A stretch of DNA of 64,000 nt from Chrysomallon squamiferum (GCA_012295275.1 CM022665.1:39618001-39682000), one strand, 5' to 3'; shown: positions 29,935 to 45,158, counted from the stretch's first letter. The notes: generated by a model from the sequence alone, not told the origin. Translations and numbers: made by a program.

Positions 29935-29947
29935 AGGTCAAAGGTCG
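29935..29947 (+). promoter_or_regulatory. DR1 nuclear-receptor element (AGGTCA-A-AGGTCG) next to E-box CACGTG (29923)
   Basis: 12/13 match to the AGGTCAnAGGTCA DR1 consensus; function not shown. Confidence 0.35.
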
Positions 29948-30095
29948 TTCGTTGTAAATTGAATAGAACGATGACATCCAATGTAGGAAGAACTGTTTAG
30001 TTAATACAAACCAAACGATTCTGGACTGAGAGTAAATAAGATAATTGTTTCAGGAGAGTTTCAATCGTACACAGAAAACTGCGTCTTTTATTTCG

Positions 30096-30128
<33 letters not shown>

Positions 30129-30699
30129 TCTGCTGCAGTAATTGGTTATGTAAACCAGTGCTTAAAAAAACAACAAAAAACCCCCAAAAAAAAAAAAAAA
30201 AAAAAAACCAAACAACCCAAGAATAATTAGTGAGAAAATGAATTCGTTAGAATAAATATATACATAAAAATAATAATAACGAAAATGAGAAGGTTAATAA
30301 TAACAACGACAGCAGCAGCAACAACAAAGACAACGACAACAGCAATGGAAGAAAAAAGTAATAAAACTCTAACAGTGAGAAAGGAATATCATTAGATTAC
30401 AGCTACTACTATAACAACTACTACTACTACTATAACTTTTACTACTTCTACTACTACTACTTTTGATCACTATTGCTGTTACGACTATTACCACTACTAC
30501 CATTCCTTTCTATCACTATCATTAATACTACTACTATTCTCCTACTACTACTACTACTACTAGCGTTACAGCTATTGCTACTAGTAATACTGTTGCTACA
30601 ACTAGTGCTTTTACTACTATTCTTCTACGACTACTACTACTTTAACTGGTATCACATCTCATAGTTATTAATTATTACTTCTAAAAATTAAAGAAAAAA

Positions 30700-32200
30700 T
30701 ACAACCCAACCCAACCCAACACATCACATGACACTAAACCACAACACAACACAGTAAAACACAACACATCGCACTACTCCACAACACAACACATCGCACT
30801 ACTCCACAACACAACACATCACACTACACACACCACAACACAGTACAACACAACACATCACACTACACACAACACAACACATCACACTACACACAACACA
30901 ACACAGTACAACACAACACATCACACTACACCACAACATAACACAATACAACACAACACAACAACCACACACACGACAGCACAGCACATCACACTATACC
31001 ACAACACAACACATCACACTACTCCACAACACAAATCAACACAACACATCACACTACACAACACAGTACAACGCAACACATCACACTACAACACAACACA
31101 ACACAACACAATACAACACAACACATCACACTACACCACCACAACAAACACGTCACAGTACACAACAAAAAACACAACAAAACACAATACAACACAATGC
31201 AACACAACACAACACATCACACTATACCAAAACACAACACATCACACTACACCACACCACAACACAATACAACACAACACAACACATCACATCACACTAC
31301 ACCACAACACAAGACATCACATCACACTACACCACAACACAATACAACACAATGCAACACAACACATCACACTATACCAAAACACAACACAACACATCAC
31401 ACTACACCACAACATAATACAATACAACACATCACACTACACCGCAACACAACACAACACAACACATCACATCACATCACACAACACACACACAACCCAA
31501 CACATCACATCACACTATACCACAACAACAACACATCACATCACACTACACCACAACACAACACATCACATGACACTACACCACAACACAACACATCACA
31601 TCACACTACAACATACCACAACAACACAACACATCACATGACACTACACCACAACACAACACAACACATCACATCACACTACACCACAACACAACACAAT
31701 ACAACACAATGCAACACAACACATCACACTATACCAAAACACAACACATCACACTACACTACAGCATAACACAATACAACACAACACATCATCACACTAC
31801 ACCACACACAACACAGTAAAACACAACACATCACACTACACCACAACAAATAATACAATACAACACATCACACTACACCGCAACACAACACAATACAACA
31901 CAACCCAACACATCACATCACACTACACCACAACCCAACACATCACATCACACTACACCACAACACAACACATCACATGACACTACATCACAACACAACA
32001 CATCACATGACACTACACAACACAACACATCACATCACACTACACCACAACACAACACATCACATCACACTACACCACAACACAACACATCACATCACAC
32101 TACACCACAACACAATACAACACAACACATCATATCACACTACCCCACAACACAACACAACACATCACACTAGACCACAACACAAGACACTATACCATAA
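30700..32200. repeat. ~1.5-kb pentamer-based C/A-rich satellite (ACAAC/ACATC/ACTAC)
   Basis: Nearly G-free on the + strand; exact 30-bp higher-order unit CACAACACATCACATCACACTACACCACAA at 32021 and 32051. Confidence 0.95.
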
Positions 32201-32749
32201 CATAAAGTCTGACGAATAAATTCTAAATTTTTATGTTCTTCAGCATTTAGTCACAGGGGCCTTTCGTACTACAGATGACTGTATTCGTGCGGAATGACTA
32301 ACGCTCCTTGGTTACTTTCATCTCTGGCAGCTCTCCTGTTTCCGTGTATTACGTAATTAAGGAAAGCATTGTGCACCCAATTCTACGTACACAGCACGAA
32401 CTCTAGCGGAATAATTTTGATTCTGTTGCTGACTAAGTCATTAAGAAAACGTCCGCTACATTCTGAAAAATCTATACAGACAACAAATAAATGTTTTTTA
32501 TTTTTTTTTTTTTTTTTTTTTTGTTTCTGAGTTTGAAACCGTGACGACAGTCCCCAAGCAATATTGTCTTACAATATCGAATCGAGTATCGACAGTCACG
32601 AATTATAATCGAATATTTTTATTTATTATATATTTTTATTTTTTTTCCACATAGTACGTTAACTGTTGAAACATTATCATGGCTTGGTCGATTATTTGCT
32701 GGTACAGAAAAGGAAAATAATGATAATGATGATGATGATGATGATGATG

Positions 32750-32794
<45 letters not shown>

Positions 32795-33411
32795 ATAAAT
32801 AAAAGAATAAAATAAAATAAATAATAATAAGAAAAAAATAATAATAAAGAAAATATAAATTTAAATAAAAATATAAACTAATAATAAAAACATTAATACT
32901 ATTAGTATAGGCTACATATATTATCATTTAGATCATATTTTTAATTGCATGTTATATAATCATTCAGAGATCATCTCTGTATAATTCGGGAATCAGATCA
33001 TTATAATCACTGCAAATAATTTTCTTCAATCATGATTTTTGTTATTCAAACAATCATGACAACCGTACACTTCATAATGGAAACAAATACTTTTGTAACA
33101 TAGTTTATAATTAACTGTATCATTATCTGTATCGTCACAGGTTATCATCATAGTTATCAGTCAGATTAATTATATCTATCATCACAGAATATCATCATAA
33201 TTATCAGTCAGATAATCATCATCTAGCTTACTGTTTGATATCATTCTCATTATCATAGTGCATATTTTATTATTCATATAATCATCACTGCATTGCTGCA
33301 CGAGCACATCATCACAAGAGCATACATTATCATTCACAAACATCATTATCATCATAATCATCATCATTATTTCGGATAATCATTAAAAAAAAAACAATAC
33401 TTCAACTTTAA

Positions 33412-33492
33412 CGTAACTGCATATACACAACAACCGATCTGTTTTTTAGTGTTGGGATGTCGTTAAACATTCATTCATTCGTAACTGCATAT
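33412..33492 (+). mobile_element. 5'-truncated retroposon (SINE/LINE) 3' tail, 55 bp, with 13-bp TSD
   Basis: CGTAACTGCATAT at 33412-33424 and 33480-33492 flanks an insert ending GTCGTTAAA(CATT)3. Confidence 0.8.
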
Positions 33493-34394
33493 TTCATAGT
33501 TATTACCATTAATGCATAATTAATAATGAATTTCTGATTACGTGTTGCTTAGCATACAACTATGTCAAATTATATTCAATAAAAACATTTTTGAAAATAT
33601 TTATCAAAACTGGGTGTTTTTTTTTTTTTTTTTTTTTTTTTTTTCTCAGTGCAGTTATAAAAATCTGAATGATGATACAGCTCTATGTCGGCAAGAGCTG
33701 GTAAAACAATATGCTTTTTTTTTTTTTTTTCGTTTCGTTTTTTTTTGTTCCTGACAGAAATTTATTTTGTAAAATAATAATAACAGTACCAACGACAACA
33801 GCAGATAAAGCCAAAAAAATATTTTATCAGCGCAATTTGAGACTTCCCTAATTCCCATTGCAACATGGCATTGTTTTGTTTTTTTTAGATTAATTTTTTT
33901 AAATGTCGAATGTGCAGTTCAAATTATCCAAAGTGAAATTAAAGAGATCGGAATAGGATTTAGAAAAAAAAAAAAAAATTATAAAAAACATGAATTTTTT
34001 TTTTTTTAAGTACAATAAATAAAATAAAAAAGTAAAATACGCCAGATCAATGCAAAATCATGATAACCATTTTTTTTTTTTATCAGTCTTTCTAAAATTT
34101 AAATAAAAAAAATAATAAAAAATTACTGTAAACATACACACACATTTTGTTATTATCTATGAATTATCGAATATAGTTTTAATTATAAATTCACTGCTTA
34201 TTCAAATTTACAATAAATCATAGAAACTGTCATTTGACACTGATCTCTCAATTTTTATTTTATTTTGGGGTGTTGCCAGAATAATAAATAAAACATATTT
34301 AACTAAAACAGTCGTAAATAAATAAATTAATTCATTAAAAAAACATTTGAATATAACCTGTAGACTTAAAAAGGGATGGATTATAAATCATCAT

Positions 34395-34530
34395 TAACAG
34401 GGATCGATCCTAGAAGCTCTTATTCCTCGGTCGTGAATTCTTTATTTTTTTTCCCCCTTAATTTTTATATTTTTTTATATTTATTTATTACGACCGGCAC
34501 TGCGGGGATTCGAACTCCCCAACCAAAAAC
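34395..34530 (-). mobile_element. Degenerate tRNA-derived SINE-head fragments
   Basis: GGGATCGATCCTAGA at about 34400 and GGGGATTCGAACTCCCC at about 34504 (T-arm/B-box-like on the minus strand). Confidence 0.4.
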
Positions 34531-34541
34531 GCTGTGTCTCA

Positions 34542-34581
<40 letters not shown>

Positions 34582-34619
34582 CGCACAAGCCATATCTCGA
34601 TGACATCATCTACAAGGAT

Positions 34620-34900
34620 ATGTTCCCCAGAAGCTCTCGTTCGTTGGGACGAGCGTTTTTAAGTACAGCGAGCTGACTTCCAATCTGCTCTTCTCGCTTC
34701 TAGAATAATCTTGTTACAACACGCTTTGGCGCGTCTCTCCGGTTTCTGCACGAGCCGGTCAATAAACGTGACCGTGCATGCAAACGAGGCTTTCAAAAGC
34801 GCGCGCGCGACAGCGGCTGTTCTGTTCCGTGTTCCTGACAGAATAAAAACAATTTTCGATTTCTTTATTGAATATTACTCAGCGTGCCGACTGCGGCGAC
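34620..34900 (+). promoter_or_regulatory. CpG-rich promoter/5'UTR-like block
   Basis: High CpG density against an AT-rich background; E2F-type TTTGGCGCG at 34725-34733; leads directly into an ATG and a splice donor. Confidence 0.45.
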
Positions 34901-34929
34901 ATGGTTAACTGCAGCACTGTCGATTCGGC
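34901..34929 (+). CDS. Candidate first coding exon of an unidentified gene (MVNCSTVDS plus split Ala codon; phase-2 intron)
   Basis: GACATGG start context, 29 nt open, then GC|GTGAGT donor at 34930. No homology recognised. Confidence 0.3.
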
Positions 34930-36999
34930 GTGAGTGATGCTGCGAGTCAATGTGGTAGAAACACTGGAATGTTACGTGCGTGTACGTGAAATGCTGTGAG
35001 TCTGGGGTTAAATGATATATTTAATAATAATAATAATAAAAAATAAAAAAAAACCACTAAAAAAATGTGCATATATTAAAATTATGATGTACAAACTTGA
35101 ATTTTTATAAATAAACGGATGTATATTCACTTAAACATGTAGTACGTAAATAAATACGTACATATTTATATATACATATTATATTGTTACGAATTTACAT
35201 ACAGATATACATGTACAGACATATATAAAATTCCACTTATATATAAACACAAACGTATATACATTTACATGTACACAGACACATACATATATATATATAC
35301 AGATAGATACACAAATACATGTACATACTAATGCACACACACATACACACATGCATTCGCACGTACATATGTACACACATATACACAGAAACATACAAAA
35401 CACCTCACACACAAACAAACTCACCAACTTCAGTAGCTACTTCATAACTATATTTCATATCCGCTGAATTTAAAAGTTTTTTTTTTTATTTTGTCAATTT
35501 CCTTTTTGTCAAAACTGCCCATTGTCTAAAAAACATGATCTGTCGACCTCACCTACCTACCGTTCGTTTAGATCCTCCCTCGCGTGTACTTTAGGCAATC
35601 TAGTATGTACCAGTTATATCCGGATTGGCAACAGTCAAAAGTAATTGTTGACATTTTTGTCCAATGTCGTAATGTCCTTGCAGCAAAATCAGACGAGACC
35701 TTTCATTTTTTTTTTTTTATTTAGGTTCGATCATAACCGCCAAAAGAAAAAAAAAAAAAAAAAAAAAAATAAAAACTGTAATATTAAAAATCATAAAAGA
35801 TTAATAAAAAAAAGATGTAAGAGATGAATTTTGTTATTTGATATATATCTTGATATTCTGTGAAAAAAAAATTAATATATATATATATATAATAATAAAG
35901 AAGAAGAAGAAAAAAAAAAAAGAATTTTTTTTCTGTACAAACACATCTGTCATCAAGAAAATGGAAAGCAGTTTGACGAGTCTGGTTTAAAACGTGTTTG
36001 TTTAAACAGATTTCTATCTACACAAAATTGCGGTTATTGCGACCTCTGAGTTAAGAGTTAGTTTGTAAGTAGATAAGACGCCGTTAGAGCGCTGACTTTA
36101 ATCAAGCAATATATCCATCCATCCATCCATCCATTTACAAATCTATCTGTCTGTCTGACTATCTATTTATCTGTCAATCTATCCCTCTATCTGTTAGTCT
36201 GTCTGTCTGTCTATCTGTCTATTTGTTCGTCTGTCCACTTCTCTATATGGTTATCAGCTTATCTATGGGTGCCAGAATTTACAGTACATATTTCTATTGT
36301 CTCATTTCACTGTCTACAGTTATAACATTCTTTCTTTTTTCCTAACTAATAACATATATTAAACACAGTCATCAGCATCTCCATCATTATCATCAAATGT
36401 CTAACTTCATCATGTCTCATCATCATTTATTATCAACGTCATCATCACCCACCATCATCAATACCATCATCTTTATTGTCAGATGCTCTACCAGTATGAC
36501 CCATCCACATCAACATCAACACATACTTCATTAGCATTGTCCTCAACATCATCGCCGCCAGCATCATCAGCAACAGCAATATCCTTCATCAGCATTATTA
36601 CCATTCGCAGCGAGCAGTTGCTGATTTATTTGTATATAATCTTGTTTTCGAGCATCAGACTCGTAGGATACTGAAGCTGGAAATGCAAATGACTTGATGA
36701 ACTTGTTAACTGCTAATACCCCGGACCATGAATTGATCATTCATTTCGATACGTTGAGCTGGTTGTGTATTCGCACACTGCAATTGATTATTCCTCATTG
36801 ACGGTGGACAAATTAAGCTTTTGTAGTCATTAGGCCGAAATCAGAATAAGGCGGTGAATCGCCACTGAAATTGAAACGAAGGAGGTGAGTGTGTGAGGGG
36901 GGTGGGTGGGATGGAGGTGGAGGCGATGCACTGGTTACTGAAATTAGTTGATGTATCTCTTTCACACTGGATGATTGTTAATTTGATACGTGATGGTGG

Positions 37000-37034
<35 letters not shown>

Positions 37035-39202
37035 TGGATGTGGGACAAATAATATCAACAGTAATAAAACTCAATGGTGATGGTATTATTAACAACAGCA
37101 AAAATAAAAACAACAACAGTAATAACACCGTTATAACAATAATAATAACAAAAACAATAATTTCAGTAATAAAAATTATTATTATAATATTAACAATAAC
37201 AAAAATTATAATGATGGTAATGATGATTATAACATCTAGTCTAGCTGATGTTTGTGTATCTAAAATATTACATGATCAATATGGACAAAATTACAAATAT
37301 GGAAAAATTAAACTGAAACATCTCCAAAGGGTATTAATATCTTACTGTGTTGCCTTAAAAAAATACTAATCTCTTATGTAAATTTATAACCTCTGATCTT
37401 AAACTTCCTATTGAAACTGGATGATGGTTTAATATTCTAAAAGGAAATAGAAAATGTCATATTTGTAATCTTAATAAAATTGGAGATGAGTATCACTGTA
37501 TATTTGAATGCAATGATCCTATGTTATAAAATGTGAGAAAACGGATACCTGATAAATGCATGTGACATTCAAATATAGTCATTCATATAATCATTTGTTT
37601 AACAGTAAAAATATATTCATATTAAAAAGCTATGTTTGTTAATAAGAAATATATGTAAGATAGTATGTCCTCCATGTTAAACTTCCAAGCACGTGCATTT
37701 TAATGATGTTATTATATATCTGAAATACATTCTTCTTTGTACAGTAATCCTACAGTTTATGAGAATAACGTCATTGTCATGGTCATTGTGACATTAGGTT
37801 GTGTTCTACTACAACAACGACTATTATTACCACAGTTATTTTTACTGCTACTAATTCTACTATTATTACTACAAACACAACCTCGATAACTAGGCTGTAA
37901 TAAGCATAATAACTACGACTACCAGTATTACAACATCTATTACAACAGCTATTAGTAAACTGCTACTACTGCAGCATAACAGAGTGAACTACTACACCAA
38001 AGAAACGATAAAAAAGAAGTAATAATGGCAATGGTAGTGTTTTTCTCTTAAGCATCAGCAGAAACTGTCAAAAGAAAACAAAAGACTGAATATGATTTTG
38101 ATATTAATGGAAAAAAAAGAAAAAAAAGAAAGGCAAACAAAAAACCCTTCTCAAAATAAAAATTAAAAACAAATCTCAAACGAAACCAATAAAAGCCCCC
38201 TCCCCCAAAAACCCAATACAAAAAACAAAAATAAAATCCCCCAAAACAAACAAAAACAGCAAAACCCCCCCCAAAAGAAACAACAACAAAACATCAACAA
38301 CAAAAACCAAACCAAACCAAAAACATCTATACAAATGATATTAAAAAAAAAAAAAAATTCTCAATTCCATACCAACCATACAGTATCTGTGAAAACAGGA
38401 TATCTATAAATAAACAGTCTAATAAAATTAATAATCTAATAAAGGTTGTGACACCATTGCGAACTGATTGCTGCATTTGACCAAACAGATCCGCAATGCA
38501 GAACACACTACAGAAAACACTGCAGATTTATTTGCTCTAATGTTTCGTCTAAGGAACGACTACAGAAACATGGCAACACCCAGACATTTTATAAACATAA
38601 ACTGTTTTGTTGTTATAACTTTCGTTATTATTTAAAACAACTTAACCCTATTTTGGAGGAATCGAGAATATTCTTCATACTTCAATTCATTGACTAACAG
38701 TTCATCAGTCACATAACATCATTTCGCTACCATGTCAGACAAAAAAAAAAAATTCGGTCATCTTAAACGAAACCATGCAGAAAAGAGCTTAATGGACGAT
38801 AAAGCAGACGCCTTGATCGCAGGAAATAATGAAAGAATTAAACTTCATTGTATAGCACACACGTATCTTATGTACAGGTAAAGTCTTAATTCACCTGGGA
38901 AAACAATTTTTACAGGTACGTCGCCAAGGCCAACGCACTAACAACATGTTGAAATTTTCAGCTGCTATGAAACTTTAATGCGATTCGTTTTCGACTGCGC
39001 TGCTTGTTGTTTTAAGTGCAGTTGCTGAAAGGTGCCAGCATATAAATAATGAACTGTCGTAATGAGGACGTGTTGTTCTGCAACCAGATCGAACTATTCT
39101 GCCTTGACATTCGGTTCATTCACCGTCCAGGTGATGTGGTGTCTTGATATTTATTGTCTGTCTGTCTGTCTGCCTGTCCGTCTGTATCTATCTGCCTCTC
39201 TA

Positions 39203-39235
<33 letters not shown>

Positions 39236-39646
39236 AGGCCTGGCTGTCTGACTGTCTCTCTGTCTAGCTGTCTGTATCTATCTATCTCTGTCTCTCTGGA
39301 TGTGTGTCTGTCTTTCTCATCTTATATAGTAACGTAAGGTTATAAGGTGAATAAAAAATAAAATTAAAATGTGTTGGAATGTCGTGAAACATTCAAACGT
39401 TCAACGGGACAACTAGTATAACAGAACTCTAAATAAAATATTAAAACATACTGTTCTAATTGTATGAGATTAGTGGAAAACGCGGCAGCAACTGTGGAAA
39501 TGAAATACATGGAGTTGTTAATACAAGGACTGGAAAGCAAAGATCATGCTGTTAATAACTTCCTAGCTGTATATAAAAAAAAAAAAAAACACAAAATAAC
39601 AAAACAAAAACAAACAAACAGTTTAAAACAAATACCCCCCTCAAAG

Positions 39647-39688
<42 letters not shown>

Positions 39689-39729
39689 CAACAAAAAAAA
39701 CAACAACAAAAACAACGCAATAATTACTT

Positions 39730-39761
<32 letters not shown>

Positions 39762-41109
39762 TATTAATTTATTTTATTTTTTTTTTAATTTCTAATCAGT
39801 CTGGTTTTCGGAAGTTTCTTTCCTTTATTATTGATTTTGTTATTTATAAAATCGACATATAAAACCCTTTTTTTTTTCCCCTCATTCCAAATGGCACTGT
39901 GGTTGTTTCTTATGTAAAGAAATGATAGATGAGTATGGATAAAGTAATTTCTAACACACTGTAAATATATACAGCCATTGACACCCTGTGACTAAGAGAC
40001 AAGTATAACAGTAAATAATTATTTTTGTAAAGTTATGCAAATACAGTCACAGAGTATACTTAATGAATCACCTAAATCTCATTGTTGTTACGCAATTCAA
40101 TTTAGATCTATGCAAATGCGTTGTGAAAATATTGTATAAACTCAACTGTAATTACTTTTTTAATTTAAAAAATAATAAAAAATACAATTGTTACAATATG
40201 TCAGATTTTCTTTACATATACTATGTAATATTAGAAAATCTAGCCCAGTCTTGTAACAGTTCTATTTTTTAAATTTAATTTATTATTGTACTGAAGAAGT
40301 ACTTTCCTGTAATATAATTTTACAACTGCCTTGAAATAATAACATTAACCACAAGCACGACGGCTACACGGTTGCAACGACGTATATTACAACGATGACA
40401 ATACCTTTAACCAAAACGTCAGCGCCACTGGCGAGATTTTGTTTGTTCTTGGCCACGTTTTGTCACGGAATCGATAAATTACATCATAGGGGAAATTTGA
40501 TATCAGCTGTCTCGAGAGAGAAATGAAATAATAATAATAATAATAAAAAATAAAATATATATATACAAAAAAACAACAACAAAAAACCCCCATCGAAATA
40601 AATAATATTAATAATAAGTCATATAAATTAATAATAATAATAACAACAACAACAATAACATAACAAAAAAAAATGGAAAAGACTTTGGGATTACAATAGC
40701 TACTGTTACTATGGTAATCATGGACGGTACCAGTAGGGAACAAATCTCGTTTACTTCCTTATGTATTCATTTTGTCACACAATGGCTGATTTGAATTTTT
40801 AACTCTTTTATAATCTCTTGATAATTTCTATTCATCACGATAATTAAGCACCCTCTTTTTAATATCACGGATACGTTCCTGTTTGCCATAGTGATAATGA
40901 CTGAAATAGATCTAGCTGTAAATAAGTTATACACGAATATAACTTTTAACTCCTACGTACAGAACAAAAATAACGGATTTTAAATATTTTAAACATCAAA
41001 AAACAATAAAATAATTATAATAATAGCAATGCTGATGATGGTTGCAACAAAAACTAATAATAGCAACAACTACCGCCACCGCAACCACCAACACAACCAA
41101 CACCATATC

Positions 41110-41179
<70 letters not shown>

Positions 41180-41322
41180 TTCATGATAATAAATAAATAA
41201 TTCAATAAATCAATAAAATTAAATATACACGTTTGAACATATTATATCAATTATGTCACGTGTCTTACAATATTTCTTTAATATATAATTATGTCGCCTG
41301 CCTTCGCAGTGTCAACAAAATC

Positions 41323-41417
41323 CAAGATGGCGTCGCTTTCTCATTATCGCTCGACTTTAAAGACAATCAATATACAGTCCATCTGCCACACTGCTGCTAC
41401 TGCGTCTCCATGGTAAC
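41323..41417. promoter_or_regulatory. YY1-type motif (CAAGATGGCG, 41323-41332) and RFX X-box (GTCTCCATGGTAAC, 41404-41417)
   Basis: Both are close matches to established consensus motifs, within 100 bp in unique sequence. Confidence 0.4.
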
Positions 41418-41489
41418 ACTTTATAATCACAGCTCTCAGTCGAATGCTTATCCAGACTGTAATATCGTCAGTTTTGAGAATAATGGGGA

Positions 41490-41520
<31 letters not shown>

Positions 41521-41685
41521 GTCATCAGTTGTACGTTTTGGAGACTTGGATTTGTCAGTTTCTAAGAAAGGTTAAACTGCAACGTTAATATCATTTGACA
41601 AAGAAGGCACATAATGACAGCTAAAGCCGATAAGTATGTAGCAGCCAGATAATCAGTGAATATTTAGTTGCCTGATTGTAGTGAC

Positions 41686-41723
<38 letters not shown>

Positions 41724-41953
41724 ATACTAATACTATACTGCTACTGTTACTACTATTATTACTTCTACTAATACTTCCTGCTGCTGCTACTACTAATATT
41801 ACAGCTACTGCCAATACTAGTACTACAACTGCTCCTATTACTACAGCTGCCATTATTACTACTACTATTACTACTATTGCTACTACCCCTTCTATTACTA
41901 CTACTCCTATATAATAAAATAAAAATAAGAAATAATATTGATGATGGTGATAA

Positions 41954-42086
<133 letters not shown>

Positions 42087-42588
42087 TATGCCTAGAAGCT
42101 ACTGCCTCTGTTTAAATTGAACTCTGTATAACGCAGGGCATGCAAGAACAGTTTATATACATTATCTCAGCAATGATTAACAATTAGTTTTCTCAGTTCC
42201 ACGGTTAACGGAGTAAAACGGAAAATAATTCATTTCTGCTCGCCCTCGGCTATTTTTTGTCCATCTAACTCCATCATGTTAATTAAGTTTGGTCATTAAA
42301 CGACTGCCGATCAAATATAATTTGTAAAGGCAGTTTCTGTTGGCTGTAGCACCGTAAGTGAATATGTTGTAAACACACACAGACAAACGTACTGACAAAC
42401 ATGCAATATATAAATAACGGAGAGACAAATCTAGACACACGCATACAGTATAAACATACACACTGGAATATAGACTGATCCATTCATCATGTATATTAGC
42501 TATAGTTGTAATAAAGAGAATGGTATCTAGTGTTATTTTTGTTACTGTTGTTGTTATTATTACTCTTATTATAAATAGTTTACTCTGA

Positions 42589-42619
<31 letters not shown>

Positions 42620-43534
42620 TAAGCAAGAAAGTATGAATGCATGTATTTATAATTATACGCATGCAAAAGTCATTGCAACTAATATTACAACGTGAATAAC
42701 GACAACCATAATCATTCCTACGTCAGCATCTACAATTTCGACAATAACAACAACTACTACTACCACCAGCGCTTATGTTAATGCTATTTGCACCAGCGAT
42801 AACAGCAACAGCAGGAACAACAATAACAACAACAACAACAACAGCAACGGCAACATCAGCAGAAGCAGCACCACCAACAACAGCAGCCATTGCTTATTAA
42901 CAGATTGCCCAAGTTTTCGGAAAACATAAAACGTTATTTTTATTATTATTTTATTATTTTCCAAGGTTTGTTTATTGTGTTACAACAGTCGACACATCAA
43001 CAAAATAATGCGTTGCTGAACTTGTTGTGTAATCCTTGTGGAAACTAAATATCTAATGGCGAAGAAAACGTTAATTAAGGATGTTCTAACAGACGATGGC
43101 TTTTGTCCAAGGTTGCAAATCCGATTGCTAAAGAGTAATGGCCCTTTATGAGAGTCACAGTTCAGGTAAGCTGGGCGAAGTCCATCACCAATAATTGTGG
43201 AAATTTACAACGCCGTATCTTAGCAACAGAATAATGCAGACGTACAGGAGTATGTGAAAAGAGAATCATATTACTAAAATGTCAACAATCAGCAGGAAAA
43301 AAAAAAAAAAAAAAAAAATCGAATGCGAGTTCAGCTGAACTTTTCCACCCGTATATTGTATCAGCACATATACAAATTTTATGATTTTTTTCTGTTCTTT
43401 TTTTTTTTCATTTTAAATACCAGTGGTAAACATTTTAATATTTTAATAATGAATTCTGTTTTTGATTGTCTGGCTGATTGTCTGTTTCTGTATTTGTCAG
43501 TTTGTCTCTCTCCTTTTATCTCCGACTATGAGTA

Positions 43535-43565
<31 letters not shown>

Positions 43566-44168
43566 TTTTCTCTGTATTTTAATTACATTGATTTCATTAG
43601 TGTTAATAGTAATAGTAATGGTAGTAATAGTAGTAGTAGTAGTAGTAGTAGTAATAATAATAATAATAATCTTCATGACAATCATAATAATCATCATGAT
43701 AATAAATCAGTGTCAACGTATTAGTTTCAATTTCTCCGAACAACTACCACTCTACTCAAGAGTTGCCATTACTTTGACCCGTCGGCCTTGAACTTTTCAC
43801 ACGAAGGTCAACGGCAAAACGTATTTTTCTCTTTTCGGAGTCCCTTCGTACGACGTTCTTTCTGAAAATAGAACACCATGACAACAAGGTGATCGAAGAT
43901 AATTATATTTAATTTTCCAGTCGATTTAACGTATTAATGAAAAAGCTATTGATTGTCTTATCTGGTGAACTGCGGTTCGCAACACTGGTTCGGACCGAAC
44001 AGTATTTTGTACGGCTTTGTGTCAATCGACTTGCGCGGCTTGTCAAATTAATGGAAGAATTAATAAGCAAAGAGGATCATTTAGTAAATCATTTCCACAG
44101 ATTTCTATCTTACGTGTCGTGTTTCTTTGTAAATATGCTCTTCATTTCAATGATTTGTTTTTCAGATT

Positions 44169-44239
<71 letters not shown>

Positions 44240-44835
44240 TACAAATATACCCACATAATATTATGTAAAATATTACTACGGAAGATACGTCTGAAATAAC
44301 AACAGTAAAAGATGCAGCAGGAGCAACAACAAAAAATAACATAAATAACGATGACAATAACAGTAAAAAACAAAAGAAAACAAAAACAATAACAATAGTA
44401 ATAACACCACCACCACCACCATCACCACCAACAACAATAATAGTAATAATAACAAAAACAATAACACTAAGCAACAACAACAGCAGTAACAACACTAATA
44501 ATAACAATAGCAACAGTAACAAAACAATAACAACAATAGTAATAATAATAACAAAAACAATAACACTAAACAACAACAACAACATAAGACCTTATTGCGT
44601 GTGGCCATAGTGCATTACTTAACGTGAAATGTAGAGTTTGCACAACAGTGCGTAAACGTTTGATTTTCGTAGATCACACTGCAATGCAACAGGATAAATT
44701 TTTATGACAACTGTTAAAAATATAAATCACACACTGAATATAACGAGATTTGCCTAAACCTGCATCTTCAGAATCTAAAAGTTGCTCATTCTAGGAGTTA
44801 CGAGAATTTAGATGCGTATGTTTTAGTACTGCGCT

Positions 44836-44874
<39 letters not shown>

Positions 44875-44879
44875 TTGTT

Positions 44880-44914
<35 letters not shown>

Positions 44915-45127
44915 GTGTTGTGTTTGTAAACACAAACATACTTTCAAATACGTGTATATTAATTAAAGGTATATACATACAAAAATATTTTTATATATTT
45001 GCACCTATCATCCCACGCACACATAATTGTATACATACCTATGTACATATATACAGCCAGACCTAAAGAAAAATGAAAGAAAGACAGAAAGGAGAAAAGA
45101 AACAAAGAAAGACCTACATATAGATAG

Positions 45128-45158
<31 letters not shown>

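Noticed and set aside
31197-31769. His/Thr-rich 190-aa protein (also 58867-59316)
   Set aside because: The frames stay open only because the C/A-rich satellite rarely forms stop codons; the 5-bp and 40-bp units are not codon multiples.
36827-36890. Coding exon ending at the consensus donor GAG|GTGAGT (36885)
   Set aside because: Nearby acceptors are weak, and the frame compatible with 34901-34929 hits stop codons.
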